A DNA stretch of 64,000 nt, from assembly GCA_030704615.1 (NCBI GenBank), contig CM060733.1, forward strand, positions 12,276,001 to 12,340,000, read 5' to 3'. The position numbers and the translations under genes are program-made. The notes under the pieces were generated by a model. That model was not told the DNA's origin. It was given only the letters and a program-made list of their open reading frames with translations, and ran no database searches. The stretch's first letter is position 1; every line of letters starts with the position of its first letter. Below are positions 24,345 to 38,469 of the stretch, piece after piece. The stretch is from Takakia lepidozioides. Lineage: Eukaryota > Plantae > Bryophyta.

Positions 24345-27300
24345 TCAACTATAGCTCCGAAAAAACACCAAATTAGCGGGAGTAAGCAGCGCCTTCAGGC
24401 TAAGTATAAAGCCCCTTTCCAATACATGTTCATGTCGTGGCCGAATTCTATCTTCCAGACTGTAGCCCAGATAGTTAGGGAACGCTTTCAGGTCGTTGGC
24501 GCTCTTATGCATTACCGTTAGCAGGTACTGGACCTTGGGTTTGATGGACAGCTCCAGACTTGCATCAAGCACATGTGGGTACTGCAATGCCATCCTGTTC
24601 ACATACGTCTCAAGATTTCAAAAGTCTTGCACTCTCCCTCCTCTAGCTTTCTCTGCCATTTCTCAGGTGTCTGTTGGCAGAGAGTTGATGTCCTTCTATG
24701 ATGTCAATGTCAGCCCTTAAATTAACATTCAATCCACTATAACCAGATTGTTGTCAGATGTTCCCAACTTCTGCAGTTGAGGTTGGGCTTGGACTCTGGG
24801 ATTTGATACCTTGGAGACAAGTCAAAGCCAGTGAGAGTGGACATTGGGTTGGCTATCATCAACTAGTGGATACAGCTCAATAAAATAGAAGTGAGGTACA
24901 TTAGTTATAGCTCCTATGTGTTTGAAGTTGCAAGAACTAAGCTATACCTGCCAATGTCTTCCTTTTGAAGGCCCAATTGAAGGAAATACTCGAGCTTGGG
25001 TTGCAAGTTTCCCTCCACACTGTAGGTGAGCACTTTCGTACTCAAAATGAGCCTTGCAAGCGCCTGGGATTCAAGGCCCAGACTCGACCGTAAGAATGTC
25101 AGTTTCTCCTGTAACTTGCCTTCTACTCCAAGGGCCAATATCTGCACACAGAAGGAAAATATATGGCCTTGCCAATTCAGCGCTCACATATTTATGTTGA
25201 CTGTTTGCCCCCAACTTTATTTAAGATGTACCCTTCAGGGTATAGTCCTTGTGGATACAAACCTCCTGAAGGAGGTCATCGGCATGGATGAGCATTGCAA
25301 ACCATTCACGTACAAATGATGACAATTAACGAGGGATCGGATAGAGTAACACACCTGAGGCTGCTTCTTCACAAGTCTAGCGAGATCTAGACCACCCACA
25401 CCTTTCAGAAACTCGAGGGTTCTGCCAAGATTTTCACTGCTGCCACACAGCAGGTGAGCACTCATTGCCAAGACTCTCGCCAACTCGTGCGTCTGACTCC
25501 AGCACAATGGAAAAAGAAAACATCAGATGGGTGCAGAATGCTCCGCTTCCTCCCCCCCCCCCGCAGGCTGAGGTAGTTGAGAGTAGGAAAAATCAAACTC
25601 AAAAACAAGTTGTAAAACACCATCTCTAAGAAGCCAGAAACCCCACCCACCTTCAAGCCAGCTGCAAGAAGCATGCCTTCTGTCTCACAGAGCTGGGGTT
25701 CTAATGGGTTCGCAAATATGTCAGGAAACCGACGGGCAACCTTCACCACACCCTCTCTGGGAAGTCCCCGGCTCCTAAGGTACTCAACCTGTTCACATCG
25801 GTCATGCAAGTGAGAACATACCAAAAACTTGTCAGAACTCACTGTGCCCAGCTTTACAATTCCCCAGCGTGCAGATTTTGCATTGTAGGACTTGTTTTCA
25901 CTCCACCCATCACAATGATCCGGCACGTACTGTCATATTTACAAGAGAGGTAAAATGTGAGGGCCTACTAAACTCCCAACTCACAAAGATAAAATCAGGT
26001 AGCCACATCCAAGGTTAAGAAGCGTTTTCTGAGACGAAAGCATAGGCACCAGGACAAAAACATCAAGGAAAGTCACATGGAGGAAGAAACAAGAAAAAGA
26101 GGAGGAAGCCAGAACGAACGCTGAGAACTATACGAACTATCAACCATAGGGTGTGCAGTGACCAGCTGTTATAACTCCCCACCAACTTCAAATCAGTTCG
26201 CAACAGAGCGTTTTAGCCTTCACAACATAGAAAACAGCAGAGAGAGGAAGAGAAAATGTACTCATAAGATGCTGTTTGCCGTAGCCTTGTGGCCATTGAG
26301 AGAGAGAGAGGAAGGGAGGGGGATAGAGAGACATAACCTAACTAAGATTAGTGGCTGAAAAAAGACCCCCCCACCTCAAGAGGCTAAAAAGTCTGTTCTT
26401 GATCATTTTGAGTAGAGAGGAAGACGAGAGAGTAGTACATCATGAACCTGCTTGAGATGGGAGGTCACAAAAGATACTTATGAACAATGGCTGCCAGTAT
26501 TTCTCTCCATTCTGTTGGGGTTTTCTAAATGTAGGTAACCTCTGCTATGATGATCCTGTTCCTTCATTTACTAAATCCGTCAAAACTAACCAATCCAGAG
26601 AGAGTACCATGGCTCACATTGGGGCGGAGGCAGTCATCCACATTTGCTGTTGCAAGAGCAGGGCTGCCCAAGACAATCCGTGTGATTTCCTGTGCTTCCA
26701 TGCCGAGTCCCTCCAAAAACCTAACAACTCTTGCAAGTGTCTTCACTGCATTTTCAAGTAGAGGGCTTGTAATAGACGGCTCATCGAGCAGCCTTCTGAC
26801 CTGCAGTCAACTTCTACATCAGATGTGAATCTAGATCTGCCATGTAAATACAGATTGCAATTACAACCTCTTCACCTGAAAGATCCCACTGGAGTCCACA
26901 CCCTCACATACAGCAGCACATGGCAGAGATACTGGAGTCATGGGTCTGCCATCACTAGGTGCTTCTACATATTAAGTCTTAATGATGAAGCTCCATTTCA
27001 AATCTGTGCAATAAGTGCTGCCACACACTTACACTTCAAAGCACTCTGCAAAGACTAGACAAGCCAAAACTGCACCAAGATGAGTAGCTCATTACCTCAT
27101 CCTCTGAGAGGCCCCGTGATCCCAAGTATGCCAGATTTTCTTGCAAATCCGCATCCGCAAAGAAGACAGGGGGGTCATCTTCTGAGTCATCTCTCACTAC
27201 AGAAAGCTTTCTGGCTGAATCTGGGTCTGCTTCTTCCCTGGCAGCAATTTCCCTTAAAACTAGTGAAGTCTCCTCAAGGGAATTTCCACTGTATGACCTC

Positions 27301-28190
27301 TTCAGACAACTGTCAGTGTCAGTGGGGCGTTGCGTGCTTGCAGCCAGCCGCATAAAAACACTCGAACTTAGTCTCTGAAGTGCTTGGCCAGTGCGAATTG
27401 GATCTCCGTCAATTTTAAGGGTTTCTAAAGACAAGTTTGGTGACTGCTTGACATCCCCACAAGTAAAATGGCTGGAAGAGGTGAAGCTAGAAGCAGGGAA
27501 ACGGCTGGTTAGGGAAGGAGCAAAGAGAAAACCCAGGGCATGTTGGGAATTTAATGGGTTAGTTGAACGAATCACAACGGTTTGTTTTACAGAAGAAACA
27601 GGGGACAGTGCAGACACAGACTTCTGGCCAGCAATCGGTGTGTGAGAGATAAACCACTGTGCGACTGAACTTGCATACGATTTGCCTCCACTGGTAGAAG
27701 CCGAATTAAAACTGTTTGAATACTGGAACCGACTTTGGCTAAATGGGTTGTCTAGTTTCGTCACTAGCTCACCATTCCTCGGTGTTTTGTAACAGTGTCG
27801 TGAGCGACTGAAAGAATGGGTATCCGGGTGCTTGACTAAATGCCTTTGAAGTCGATGGTCTATGTCGAATACATCCAAGTGAGACAACACCCCCTCTTTA
27901 CCAACCGATTGTCCTGAGAACGACCTAGGATCCAAACAAAGAAAGCCATGAGCTGTGCCGTAAGAACTTAAATCATTCGAAGATTTGGGTACCAGCGAAA
28001 CACTGGAATGTGCACCAGAGAATTGTATCTCACCACTTGAATGCGCTGGATAGGAAGATGGAGGGGGAATGGAGCTACATAGAGCATGACTGGGACCGGG
28101 GAAAGTGTTCCATAGCAGCGGGCAGCCTACCCTAGCCCTAGATATGCTTCCTCGGGCCCGTTGATCCCGGTAAATGGAGCTCAATCTCAT
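24345..28190 (-). CDS. mTERF-family protein (organellar transcription termination factor-like), 6 exons
   Basis: In-frame GT-AG exons 28190-27096, 26800-26618, 25788-25651, 25492-25355, 25141-24948, 24594-24345. mTERF repeats (LTYSVEGNLQPKLEYFLQLGL; FPNYLGYSLEDRIRPRH). Start codon uncertain. Confidence 0.9.
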
Positions 28191-28759
28191 GGGGAAGCCC
28201 TGCAGGCTCAATCCACCTGATGGGTGGTGAACAACAGGAACTTGATTGCCCTCTTGATAATCAAAACTGTGAGAAGGGGAGAACGAGAGAAAAGGGGATT
28301 AAACGGCTAAGGAAACCTGAGAGGCGACTAACTGCAAACAAACTCCGCTCTTCTCCACAATTGTGAAAACTACGACCTCAGAAGGCATATTAAGAGAAAA
28401 AAGCGTAAGAGAGAAGTACAAGACTGCCATACGAGTGAGTCAAAGGTAGGTGTCTTCGGATGTCTGCCGCATCGACATTGATCAACATCAATTAGTCTTC
28501 ATTTGATGAGTGCGGATTGTGAGTGATTTGGAAAGGGAGCATATCATATCACGGTTGATGGATGTGCGTGTGTCTGTCTCTCTGGAAGGTTGCTGGTTTC
28601 CATGAAAATGAAACGTGATCTCTATCAGTAGGAATCAACCCCATTAGTTTGATCAGCCACAACAAGCATGTATCTGAGTTTCATTTCCTTAGAGCTTCTA
28701 AGAACCCAGTTGCACAACATGAGTCTTGCAAAAGATGTATTCCCTCACCATGAAACAAC

Positions 28760-28971
28760 CAGTGTAGGGCAGGCGGTTACTGGATTATTATCATAACCTC
28801 CGGCTCTGTGGGGGCATTTGATTGGTTATTTTCAAATTAAATACCTGCGGTTCCCTCCTACCCTTCCCGGTTCTTCAAATTTTTTGAGAACCTCCGGCTA
28901 AGTGATCAAATATCCTGACCCGGAACATCTGTGTCTCTGTTCAAAACAGAACAAAGAACCTCACAACACTG
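28760..28971. mobile_element. hAT-type MITE with perfect 8-bp target-site duplication
   Basis: GAAACAAC at 28752-28759 and 28972-28979; ends CAGTGT.. / ..CAACACTG; internal A(A/T)CCTCCGG-like subterminal motifs. Confidence 0.88.
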
Positions 28972-29274
28972 GAAACAACTATAGTATGCTGACATCGCAC
29001 ATTTTCTCACATGAAGAGCAGTCGACTTTTGATGGAAGGAAGCTGCGCTGTATCTAGTATAGACTGCAACAAGAATCACTATTCACTTAAATATTGTCGA
29101 GGTTTAGACAGGTGGTGGAACCACATATAGCCCTCTGACTAGCTTTGTGTCTCTATGGACCAGGTACATTGCTGTGCCTTGAACTTCCTTTCCTTTCCTT
29201 TCCTTTCCTTTTCCTTTTCACCATACATGTCACCAGGAGGGAGAGAGTATACAAGCGCCGAGCACCCTGGTGCC

Positions 29275-31546
29275 TCAATGCCTTTTATTCGGTGCTTGGA
29301 GAGTAGACCCCCAGGCAAATTGGGGGCACAATACCTCCATGAAATTTCTCACAAGACCTCTGTTGTACATATTCTTTTCCTGAATAGGGGGTGGTTTTGG
29401 TCTTGCTCCTGACTGTTCTTTCCTAAGGAACATACCCAGACATTTGCCCATCAGGCCTATTTCAGGTTTAAAACTAGTTTCACCAGCCTCGATTCGCTTC
29501 TGTTCCTCAGCTGCAAGCCTTGCACCTTCCACTTGGGCTTGCCACCTCTGGCGGCTATCCCACTTGTATGTCTGTATGAAACAAGCAATCACATCTAAGA
29601 ATTACCTTTCTTTTGGTTCCTAATTTCAATTCCCGTGCATGGTCTGACTTGCCAACACATGTGGAATCAGGATTTGCTTGATGACAACTAACAAACCATG
29701 TGTTACCTGGACCTCTTGGCAGTCTGCTAGAGAAGGCAGACCAGGTTATTTTGTACTTACATCTCATCACATGACCTTCGGAGAACGTGTACTCAGCAGA
29801 CCGTGCTTGCCAGAAGTGAGAGAGAAGAGTAATAAGAGAGTGACAAACAGAAGGGAACTCTTAGAGAGTTTAGTGACTGCAGTTTCTTGGTTGATTGTTC
29901 CTTAAAAACTGATGGGTCCTCCGAAAAGTGAGGGCCTTACCTCATTTGTCGTGGTGTTCACAACTACGAGGTAGAGGTGGTAGCTCAAGAACCCTATCAG
30001 CAGGAGTGATATGACTAGCAGGAAGATTATCAACAACACCTGCGGTGAATAGTATGCCAGTAACCACTGCCCCACACACAACAACCACATCTCAGGCGAG
30101 AGAGAGCCCAAGACTGATGATGTGCACCCAAGACTGACTCCCCACTGGATGCGGAAACCAGGGCCTGGAATACCTAGAGTTTAGTAACATCTTGATGAGG
30201 AATAGAAAGCATCCAAACAAAACCCACAATTCTGCAGGCTGACGAAAGATCACCATCAAGAGGGGGGATGCAAACCTGCAAAACATGGGGGTAAATGTCC
30301 TGGAATTTTGCTGGGCGGCCCAAGTACCCTGGTAGGAAAAACAAAGTTCAGATCAAATGCTCAGCCTTGCTTGCTTAGCCTGCACACTCGTAGAAGCAGC
30401 TTACAAATGTGTAGCAGGAGGGATGTACTCACATTTCACAGCACGGATAATGCCACGTTCCTTGACTTCTCCGGCTAATATTGCCACGAGTATGTATACG
30501 CCATACCAACATAAGAGAACATGCCTGCAACCACATATCCATAACCATTCCAACGGCAATAATAGCTGGAGCAATCATGCAAAAGGACAGGAATCGATTT
30601 CAGAATATAATAAATGAAAGGTTCATCTATCTGTTCAGTGATCACACAAAGAGCCTCATTTGTAAAAATCTGGCAGTGAAAGAAATGAGCAATTACCACC
30701 CAAGGAATGCCAAGAAATATCGAAGGTTGTTCTCCCCAATGCAATTGTTCTGTCAGCCATGGGTACAAATATCAAACACCACAGCTGATATAGTTGCTTT
30801 CATGAGGTCATCCACTTAGTGAATGACAAAGAGCTACTGCTTACAAACGCTACTGCCGAAAGTGGATTTACTTAACACATATGAGAGCACAAGAAACTAC
30901 TCAGCTTATTCAATGGTGAATAAGCTGACCTCGGATTGTTAGTTTCTCAGGATGTTTGAAAGGAAGACAAAAAGTAGAATCTTGGCCACCGATGGATAGA
31001 TGAATTCATGGGACTGACCATCCAGCCACAATGGTGGTCAAAGCGTGCAATGCAGCGGTTGCAGATGCTACAGTGCTTTGATCGTGCCGGCCTGCAGCAG
31101 AGATATGCACACATATTGTCAGTCAGGTGAGTTCATTAGCTTTCCTCAAAACTCAGGAGTTGTTCTTGATAACCGCAGACACCATAACCTGCCCTAAGGC
31201 TGTGAATGAGCATGCATAGAGGTTGACAGAGAGGTGGCAAGGGACTCCACACTCCTGGCCATCCAGTTCACTCTCAAGTTTTGCACTTAGCAAATGTAGC
31301 CTCTGTTTATAAACAAAACCTACCGTGGAATCTTGCATGTATGACACATCTTGGCAGCATACAGGATGTTGTCAAATGGGTATGTGGAGCGATGCCTCTT
31401 TGTTGTGGCTTCCGTGATTGTCCCCGCATCCCCAAAACTTGTCATAAGAAATAATAGAACTCCAAATAGTGTTGCGACTGGTCCTGTATACCTTCAAGCA
31501 CCATCATGCATGCCAATGTGACTTCTCACTAGCCACAATAACACAG

Positions 31547-31623
<77 letters not shown>

Positions 31624-33033
31624 TACTCATAAGACGCCGTAGCCTTGTGTCCATAGACCCCGCCAGTTTTGGCGAAACAAGAGGGAACAGACACTACCTT
31701 TGTGAGGGGCTCACTCCGGTAGTGGGACTCACACAATTGGTTGTGCTTTCCAGATATCCTCTAGAAAACCCGTCACACAAGCATCACTCTGCTGTCTGTG
31801 AGCTGCCCAGCAATTAGACCCCAACAGGGCCAGGGCTTTAGGCTCAGCCTCAAGAGTTGGAAGAGAGACAGAGAGAGAGACAGAGATTAAATCACTAAGG
31901 CACTGACTGGTGACCAACAGTACTGAAACAAACAAAATTGAACTATTACAAGGACTAGACTCTAAAGAACCCAAGAAGGGGAGGCTCCCAACTTTGATCA
32001 GAGGAGGCACCTGTGTATCCAAGAGATGTAATGGCCAGGAACATACACCAGGGAGGTGGACGTGAGCGTGAAATAGCTTATACCAATGATTGCTAGATAA
32101 AAGAGCTGCATTCACAACAGGAACAGGCCTAAGCCCATTTACAGATAGTCGACACCAGTCATATGGACTGACACAGTGACAGCGGGAGAAAAATCCCTAC
32201 GTCAAACAACAGGAGTAGAAGGTTTGGATAAAACAGGACAATTTGTATGGAGGTGCACAGAAGTTGATTGATGAAAACATTGCAAAGCAGAGGGGAGAGG
32301 GTACATCCTTGAGCTACACCTTGGTCTATGTCAAAGAAGTTGGACTTCTAAAATCCCTCGAGTAAATAGATGCATGGTAGCTTGCTCACTACAGGGGGAA
32401 CACAGTTGGATCACTTGCAGGGGGGTGCCGATTTTCCAGAGACTGGAAAAGCTACTTTCTTGCAATTCCATAAAATGATTGTGATGCCATCGTCCGTACC
32501 TGTAAGAAGGGGTTGGGCCTCTCGCAGCAAAAATGCTCTATCCTTGCACAAGTCTGCTGCCCCCTCTCTCCGAAAAAAAATCCTACCAATTTCCTGCCCT
32601 CAAATGTACCCATACCGGTTCACTCCTCAGTACTTTCAGCTCCAAGGAAATGCATACTCATCTGGTTCGGTTAAGTTCCTAAGGTCGCCTTTCTTCAAGT
32701 GAAAGTATCTGTACGTGAAACTTCCCACAACCTATATTTTGCATGATCCCCAACACAAACATATCAATTTTGATCTAACCATTTCGCCCACATTCGAATT
32801 CGTTGTCAGAAAGGTAGCTTACTTGATGTGGTAATTGACTTGACAGTGGTGAAAGGGTGAGAAAGAGAGAGAGGAGAAACACTGAACTGGAAATAATCGC
32901 AGGCTCCTCCAGTAACAAAGTAGTGGCCTCGCTGCACAATAGTGCCCTCAAATATGGGTCGATCTCCACACATAAGTACAAGAATAAAAAGGGGAATCAT
33001 GCCCAAGTAGGCCACCAACAGCCACTGCCCCAT
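29275..33033 (-). CDS. DHHC protein S-acyltransferase (PAT17/ZDHHC4-like), multi-exon
   Basis: ATG 33033 (MGQWLLVAY..). Exons encode [46 protein letters not shown] (DHHC at ~31030-31041), [18 protein letters not shown] and [15 protein letters not shown]. Stop 29275-29277. Confidence 0.95.
31551..31620. repeat. (GA)35 microsatellite in PAT intron
   Basis: Perfect dinucleotide run. Confidence 0.98.
31621..31732 (-). repeat. Small structured intronic repeat (copy 2 of 3; others 26255-26296 and 42775-42896)
   Basis: About 110 bp aligns with 42775-42896: GT(G/A)AGTCCCACTAC..AGCCCCTCACAAAGGTAGT(G/A)TCTGTTCCCTC..GGGGTCTATGG(A/C)CACAAGGCTAC. Confidence 0.85.
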
Positions 33034-33785
33034 CCTGCTTTTCCGACACTGGGCCAGACCAGGAAATGAAACAGCTTGCGAATACTGATCCTCTGTGTCA
33101 ATGTCACTTCCGTAGCTCCATCTTCTTAACGCGATATGTAGCATGCAAACATGATATGGGTACACGGAGCACGAGCATACTGTAGATCCAAAAGATCGAT
33201 CAACATGCGGAGACCAGTTCTGCTACTCGAAGACAGAGAATGCTTCTACCACTAGATCAGCTCAGTGTTGTCCTAATAAAAAAAAATCGATACAACTATC
33301 GTCGTCTTCAAATCGTTCGTTCATGGGTGCGGCGTTCGGCCCCTCTTGCGCTTTCGTTAGAGTCCTTCTTTTCTTATCTCTCCACTTCTTTCCGTCGACA
33401 TTGTGTCGTCGTCCTTTTCCATCGTTCATGTCAGCACTCCAGCTTCATGCTTGTGGAGCACGAGCTCTGTAGCCCTACCTCTGGTCAACTGGGAGCGCTT
33501 TCTTAGACGATCGGATGCTTTGTCTTGTAGCTGTAGAGACTTGAGACTGGAACTACCCCCTCTTAATCCATGTTTTTTCGGAGAAAATAGACATTCTGAT
33601 TGTCTTCATTCATTTCTCTTGGCAAAGGGAGGCTTCATACCATCGGGTGTGAGTGCTGCAGTTTGGTGGAAAGCTACATTTGATGTGAGAGAGACAACTT
33701 GAAACTCAAGAGTTACACGTTCACAGTTGGAACGCATTGCAAAATCTGAATTAAGTGTATACTTCAAAAACTGCTGAGCATTGGG

Positions 33786-36700
33786 ATGGATCCAGAGACG
33801 GAGGGCCATGCAGAAGAGGAAGCGGAGATAGAGGAGGAGGAGGAGACCGAAGAGGTAGTTGACATATCGTTTATAAAATCCATGACTCAAAAGCTCTCGA
33901 CGGAGCCGGTCAATGTTCGGGTCCATGACATTCAAATCAAAGGCAACACAAAGACCAAGGATGCCGTCATCGAGGCACAACTGAAAGAGGTCCGGAATGT
34001 GCAAACAATGCAGGAGCTACTGCAGGAGTCTGTCCGTGCCAATTCCCGCTTGCGATCCATGGGAATTTTTGACAAATGTGTGATTACATTGGACGCAGGC
34101 CCCGATGAGCTCCCTGGAACGGTAAGCACTCCATTCTACTCTTCCATTGTTTCTCCAAAATGTAGCTTCGACCATAGACTTCTGGTCTCTGTCACATTCT
34201 GTCCTTTTCTCCCTGCACTGGGGCAACCACTAGCACATGTGAGGTAGTGTGTAAGGTAGTGCCTTGTTGATAGTATTCCTAGCCATCGAAGAGTCGCTGA
34301 ATCGGTCTTGAAATAGTACAACTTTCAGACCGGGCGACGGGTAATAGAACTTTGCTCCCCAGTAATAAGGAAGCCCGGATGGTCACCACTATAGATGCAG
34401 AAGGAGGTTTACTTGGATAAGTACATGTTTCAGTCACAGTGTTCACTAAACCTAAACCCCAATCAAATACTCTGTGAGCTAATAGAAGTTTTCATCTGTG
34501 CGGGTGTTATCTGACACGTTGCCAATTTGCAGGCAAATGTGATTGTTGAAGTGGAGGAGGCAAAACGACCTTTCTCTGGTGATGCCGGTGTTTTCTCTAA
34601 GCCTGAGGTGAGCTTTGGATTTTTTGGGAGGGGATTGGACACACATCATAACAATTCACGAGAAGGTGTTTTGAGCTTACAGTGATGCTTCAGCGGTAGT
34701 ACTGGGCATTACTGGGGCATGGTCCACAAGCGTCGTAGGGAACTACAGCTTGCATCGCCTTTGTAGTTGCAAAGCAAGTTTCAATCCCATTGCAACCTCC
34801 AGCAACTGAGAAGAATATGTGCCTGCATACTCACTGTGTGCTGCAATCCTAGGGAAAATTAAAAGAGATGGTGATATGATGGTTAAATGCCTGCAATGAG
34901 GAGAATCTCTGAGAAGTACAACTTCAGGGTTTAGGGTTTTAGTGAGTTGTAGGGGTAGATGGCAGCAAAGACGATGCCTATGTGCGAGTGGCCCAGGCAT
35001 TTAGTGTTTTAAGTGATTGCTTGGTAATTCATGGGAAATCACATCACGCTTTCAAGTAGCCTGTAAAGTTTGCTGATATTCTAGCCTTTGTGCATAGCAC
35101 CATGTTGTTGAACTCTCTTTGCTCCTCGAGTTAGTCACATTGCATTTATGCCAAAAACTTGGCTGGTGAAAAATCATCTGCAACATTGTTCTTACCGTGC
35201 TTTTGAAGGAATGATTGAGACCTATGTGTTTTGATCCAGCCCCTAAGACAAGTGAGTAATGTTCTTGCTTGTCTGAATGAATGGCTATGTCCTTAGGATA
35301 GACATGTCTTACAGGATGGCAAGAGGAGGAGACTGGAACCTCCTAATGGAGAAGTAGACAGCACTATGACTCACCCCACAACCCTTTTCTACATGCTGAA
35401 GAGCTACAGCTTATGGCCTATGTTGTGGGAAGCGGTGGGTGTAGACCAAGGCGTGGTCTCTGGAAGGGACTGTTAAGTACAAAAACCTGGGGGGCTATGG
35501 AGAAACACTCGATGCTACCGGCTGCTATGGCCTGGACACAACTTCTGAGCTCAGTGCAGGGCTCCATTACCCAAGATTCAAAGGTCTACCTGCCAATCTG
35601 GTGACACGAATCACTCTTCTCACACAAGACTGGCAGAGATACTCTTCTTACAGGGAGCGCCTGGCGGGCTTTGCCGTGGGTCTAGTTAGTGATGATAAGC
35701 ATGACTTAAGCTACAATCTAACGTGGCGTGATATCAAGGATCCCTCACGCACGGCCTCACGTTCAATTCGCCGCGAGTTGGGCCATGGCCTACTCTCAGC
35801 AATCAAGTATACCTACAAAGTGGATACAAGGGATTCTGTATTTCGACCACGGCACGGGGTTGCTTTTGCCTCAACAACTCAGATTGCAGGGCTTGGATTT
35901 GACAGCAAGCTTCTACGCTTTCTCCGGCAGGTTGTCTGACAACCAGAACCATCTGCAGCTGCTGACCATGGGTCTGTGTCATGTGGGGGATTTGTACTGT
36001 TGTCAGTGAATCCTAAAATAGTGGATCATAGGCTTGAAACATAGCAGCAGTAGTTCGGTATAAGTGGAAGTGGCAACTTTTGAAGAGGAACAAGGATCAT
36101 GAACTTGGAATTATTTGCTTATGAAATCACCATGCACAACATTTGCATTTAGCGGTTCAACCCACTGAAATAGAATCTAATCCCTACCTTTTGACAAGGA
36201 TGTATGTAATGCCGCAGGAGTTTGAAGTGAGGTGGGCCATTCCACTGGGCTTTGCAAATGCAGCATTGAATGTTGGGGCTGCAGGGGGTGTAATAATGCC
36301 ATGGGGAAGGGGGTTTCTCTCCAAGGCAACCCCGATAAGCGATCGGTTTTTTATGGGGGGTCATTCATCTCTTCTGGGTGAATTGAGGGGTCCTTCTGCT
36401 CTCTTAGGTTTTCGTACAAGAGGTGTAGGTCCAAGTGATATCCGGCGGCCAACTTTTAACATAGGGGGAACAGATGAAGCGGTTTCCTTCCCCAAAAGGG
36501 ACACTTTGGGCGGTGACTTGGCTGTGTCAGCTTTTGCAGACTTCTCGTTTGATTTGCCAGGGCGCGTGTTGCGGGAGTACGGGATTCATGCACACACATT
36601 TGCTTGTACGGGAAACCTTGTGCCTCTTACCGGAACTGACCGCCAGAAGTGGTCACCGAAGAATTTCCTTTATGGGTTTCGATGCTCAACCGGGGCTGGG

Positions 36701-37651
36701 CTTGTGATCCCAACCAAGCTTTTTCGGCTAGAGGTTTGTCAAATCTGCTTGCTCCCTCCTGTCTGTTTGTGTCTCCTTCACTAGGTAGGAATTTGCACTG
36801 GATAGCAAGGAAAATGTCTCTTGGTTCCGTTTCTGCCTCAATGAGCAACTTTACAGGAATAAAACTTCAGCAAGCTGCTGTAGTTTGAGGCTGTGGCTGT
36901 TGATTCATGTTGGGTCCCTCGCTTGGCTTGCCAAGGCTTTTGTGCCTCTTTTAAGTGGCACCTAAATTGTGATCCCTGTATGGCCCATCGTCTTTTCCAC
37001 AAACAGAAAAAGTTTCAGTGGGGGGTGTTTGGTATGGGTGTGGGGATGTAGCCCCAAGGGAGAAGCCCAACAAGTAATTGCTATCATTGAAGGGCACACC
37101 ACTTCCGTACAGACAACTTAGCACATTTCAACTTGTTGCAAGTTTGACTACTGCAGTCATTGGTGGAATTGCTTGAATTTTGCTGTGCACTTTATGCCAG
37201 GTTCTTTGTTGTGTTTCTTTCATGTGCTTAAGTTCAGGTTCATACTGGATTTTGCAACAAATGGTTAGGTGACACTCTATCTTTCCTTCCCATCAGGTAT
37301 TCTAATAGTCTATGTATGGCTGTGACGGCATTCGACCACGTTGTAGTGTGTATGTTAGAGTGTCATAATTTGTAGAGCACATGTGATAGCATCATCGCCT
37401 TAGAACCCTGAGTCTGGTTTTTGAGTGGCGGAAACTGGAAGGGAGCAGGGGGGAGCCAACAAAGAAAACTGAGAACCGAAATGCACTAATTGTTGTCAGG
37501 AATCTGGCATAGAAATCCATTGAGAGTCTGACATGCAGTGAATCATCTGTGAATGGGGTGGGTGCAGGTCAATTACTGCTATTTACTGCGGTACCAGGAG
37601 CATGATCGCATCAAGAGAGGCTTTCAAATCAGCCTGAGCTCACCTAATTGA
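33786..37651 (+). CDS. SAM50: Mitochondrial outer-membrane Omp85/BamA-family protein Sam50
   Basis: Exons 33786-34121, 34533-34607, 35445-35930, 36218-36733, 37568-37651 splice in frame. POTRA (VRVHDIQIKGNTKTKDAVIE), DRFFMGG, LGFRTRGVGP, LGGDLAVSAFAD, and C-terminal strands RLEVNY..GFQISLSSP. Confidence 0.95.
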
Positions 37652-38469
37652 TGTGTCTGGTTTCATGTATCACTTTTGGGATGCAATAGGGAGGAAGGGA
37701 TGAAATTATGAGATCCTACACCATTCTATTGATTTCCTAGATGTGCAGGCAAACTTTTTTTGGAACCAGTCACAGAGGTTTGATCTTTTCATGGATGAAG
37801 ATTGAGTGAGGAAGTTGTTCTTGCAGGTGTTTCAGTTGGAAGTATCTGGGGTTGTGCTTTCTCTTTGAAATGGTGGTTTTGAATCAGTGCAAGCGAGAAC
37901 ATCACACGAAGATTGGTTTGAAGTCTTTTGAACAGATAGAGTTTGTGGAATGGACTTACTACAGATGCTCTGACAGGGAGTTTTGGACTAGGGATGCTCG
38001 TAAACATGTCAACACTGAAAAGGCGAAAACAATACCTACCTCTAATCAATCCCCGCATCCCCACTTTTAGCAGCAGTTCCTTCTAAGAGCTGTTAGTATG
38101 GTCACTCCCTCAATGACCTATATCTGATCATCCCTGTCACTCAACACAGCTGTTATGTTCGTCACTGTGCACCAAAGGGGAGTCACCTAGTGTGGGTACC
38201 TGGGGTCCTTGGAGGTTTGGGCAACAGTGTTGCTGTGGTTACAGCCGCTAGAAACAGAATGCTTAGCCCTTGCACTTACTTGGGTTCAACCTGTTTTTTG
38301 TTTTTCACTGTGCACTCACTTTCATTGCTGGCTTACTCCAGGTCTGTGGTATTGTGCACTAGGCTGCCAGGTTTGATGAGAAGCAAAAGCAAATGGTGAA
38401 GGGCCAATACTGGTGCTATGGCCCTTAGCTAACACGCCTGTTTGGATGCAATTGCCCCATACACATTGG

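Noticed and set aside
31621-31640. Hammerhead ribozyme core (CTTATGAG similar to CTGATGAG)
   Set aside because: Core mismatch, and no stem II/GAAA partner downstream.
34800-35070. Second PPR relic in SAM50 intron 2
   Set aside because: Only vague motif resemblance (DGSKDDA, IHGKSHHA); not supportable.
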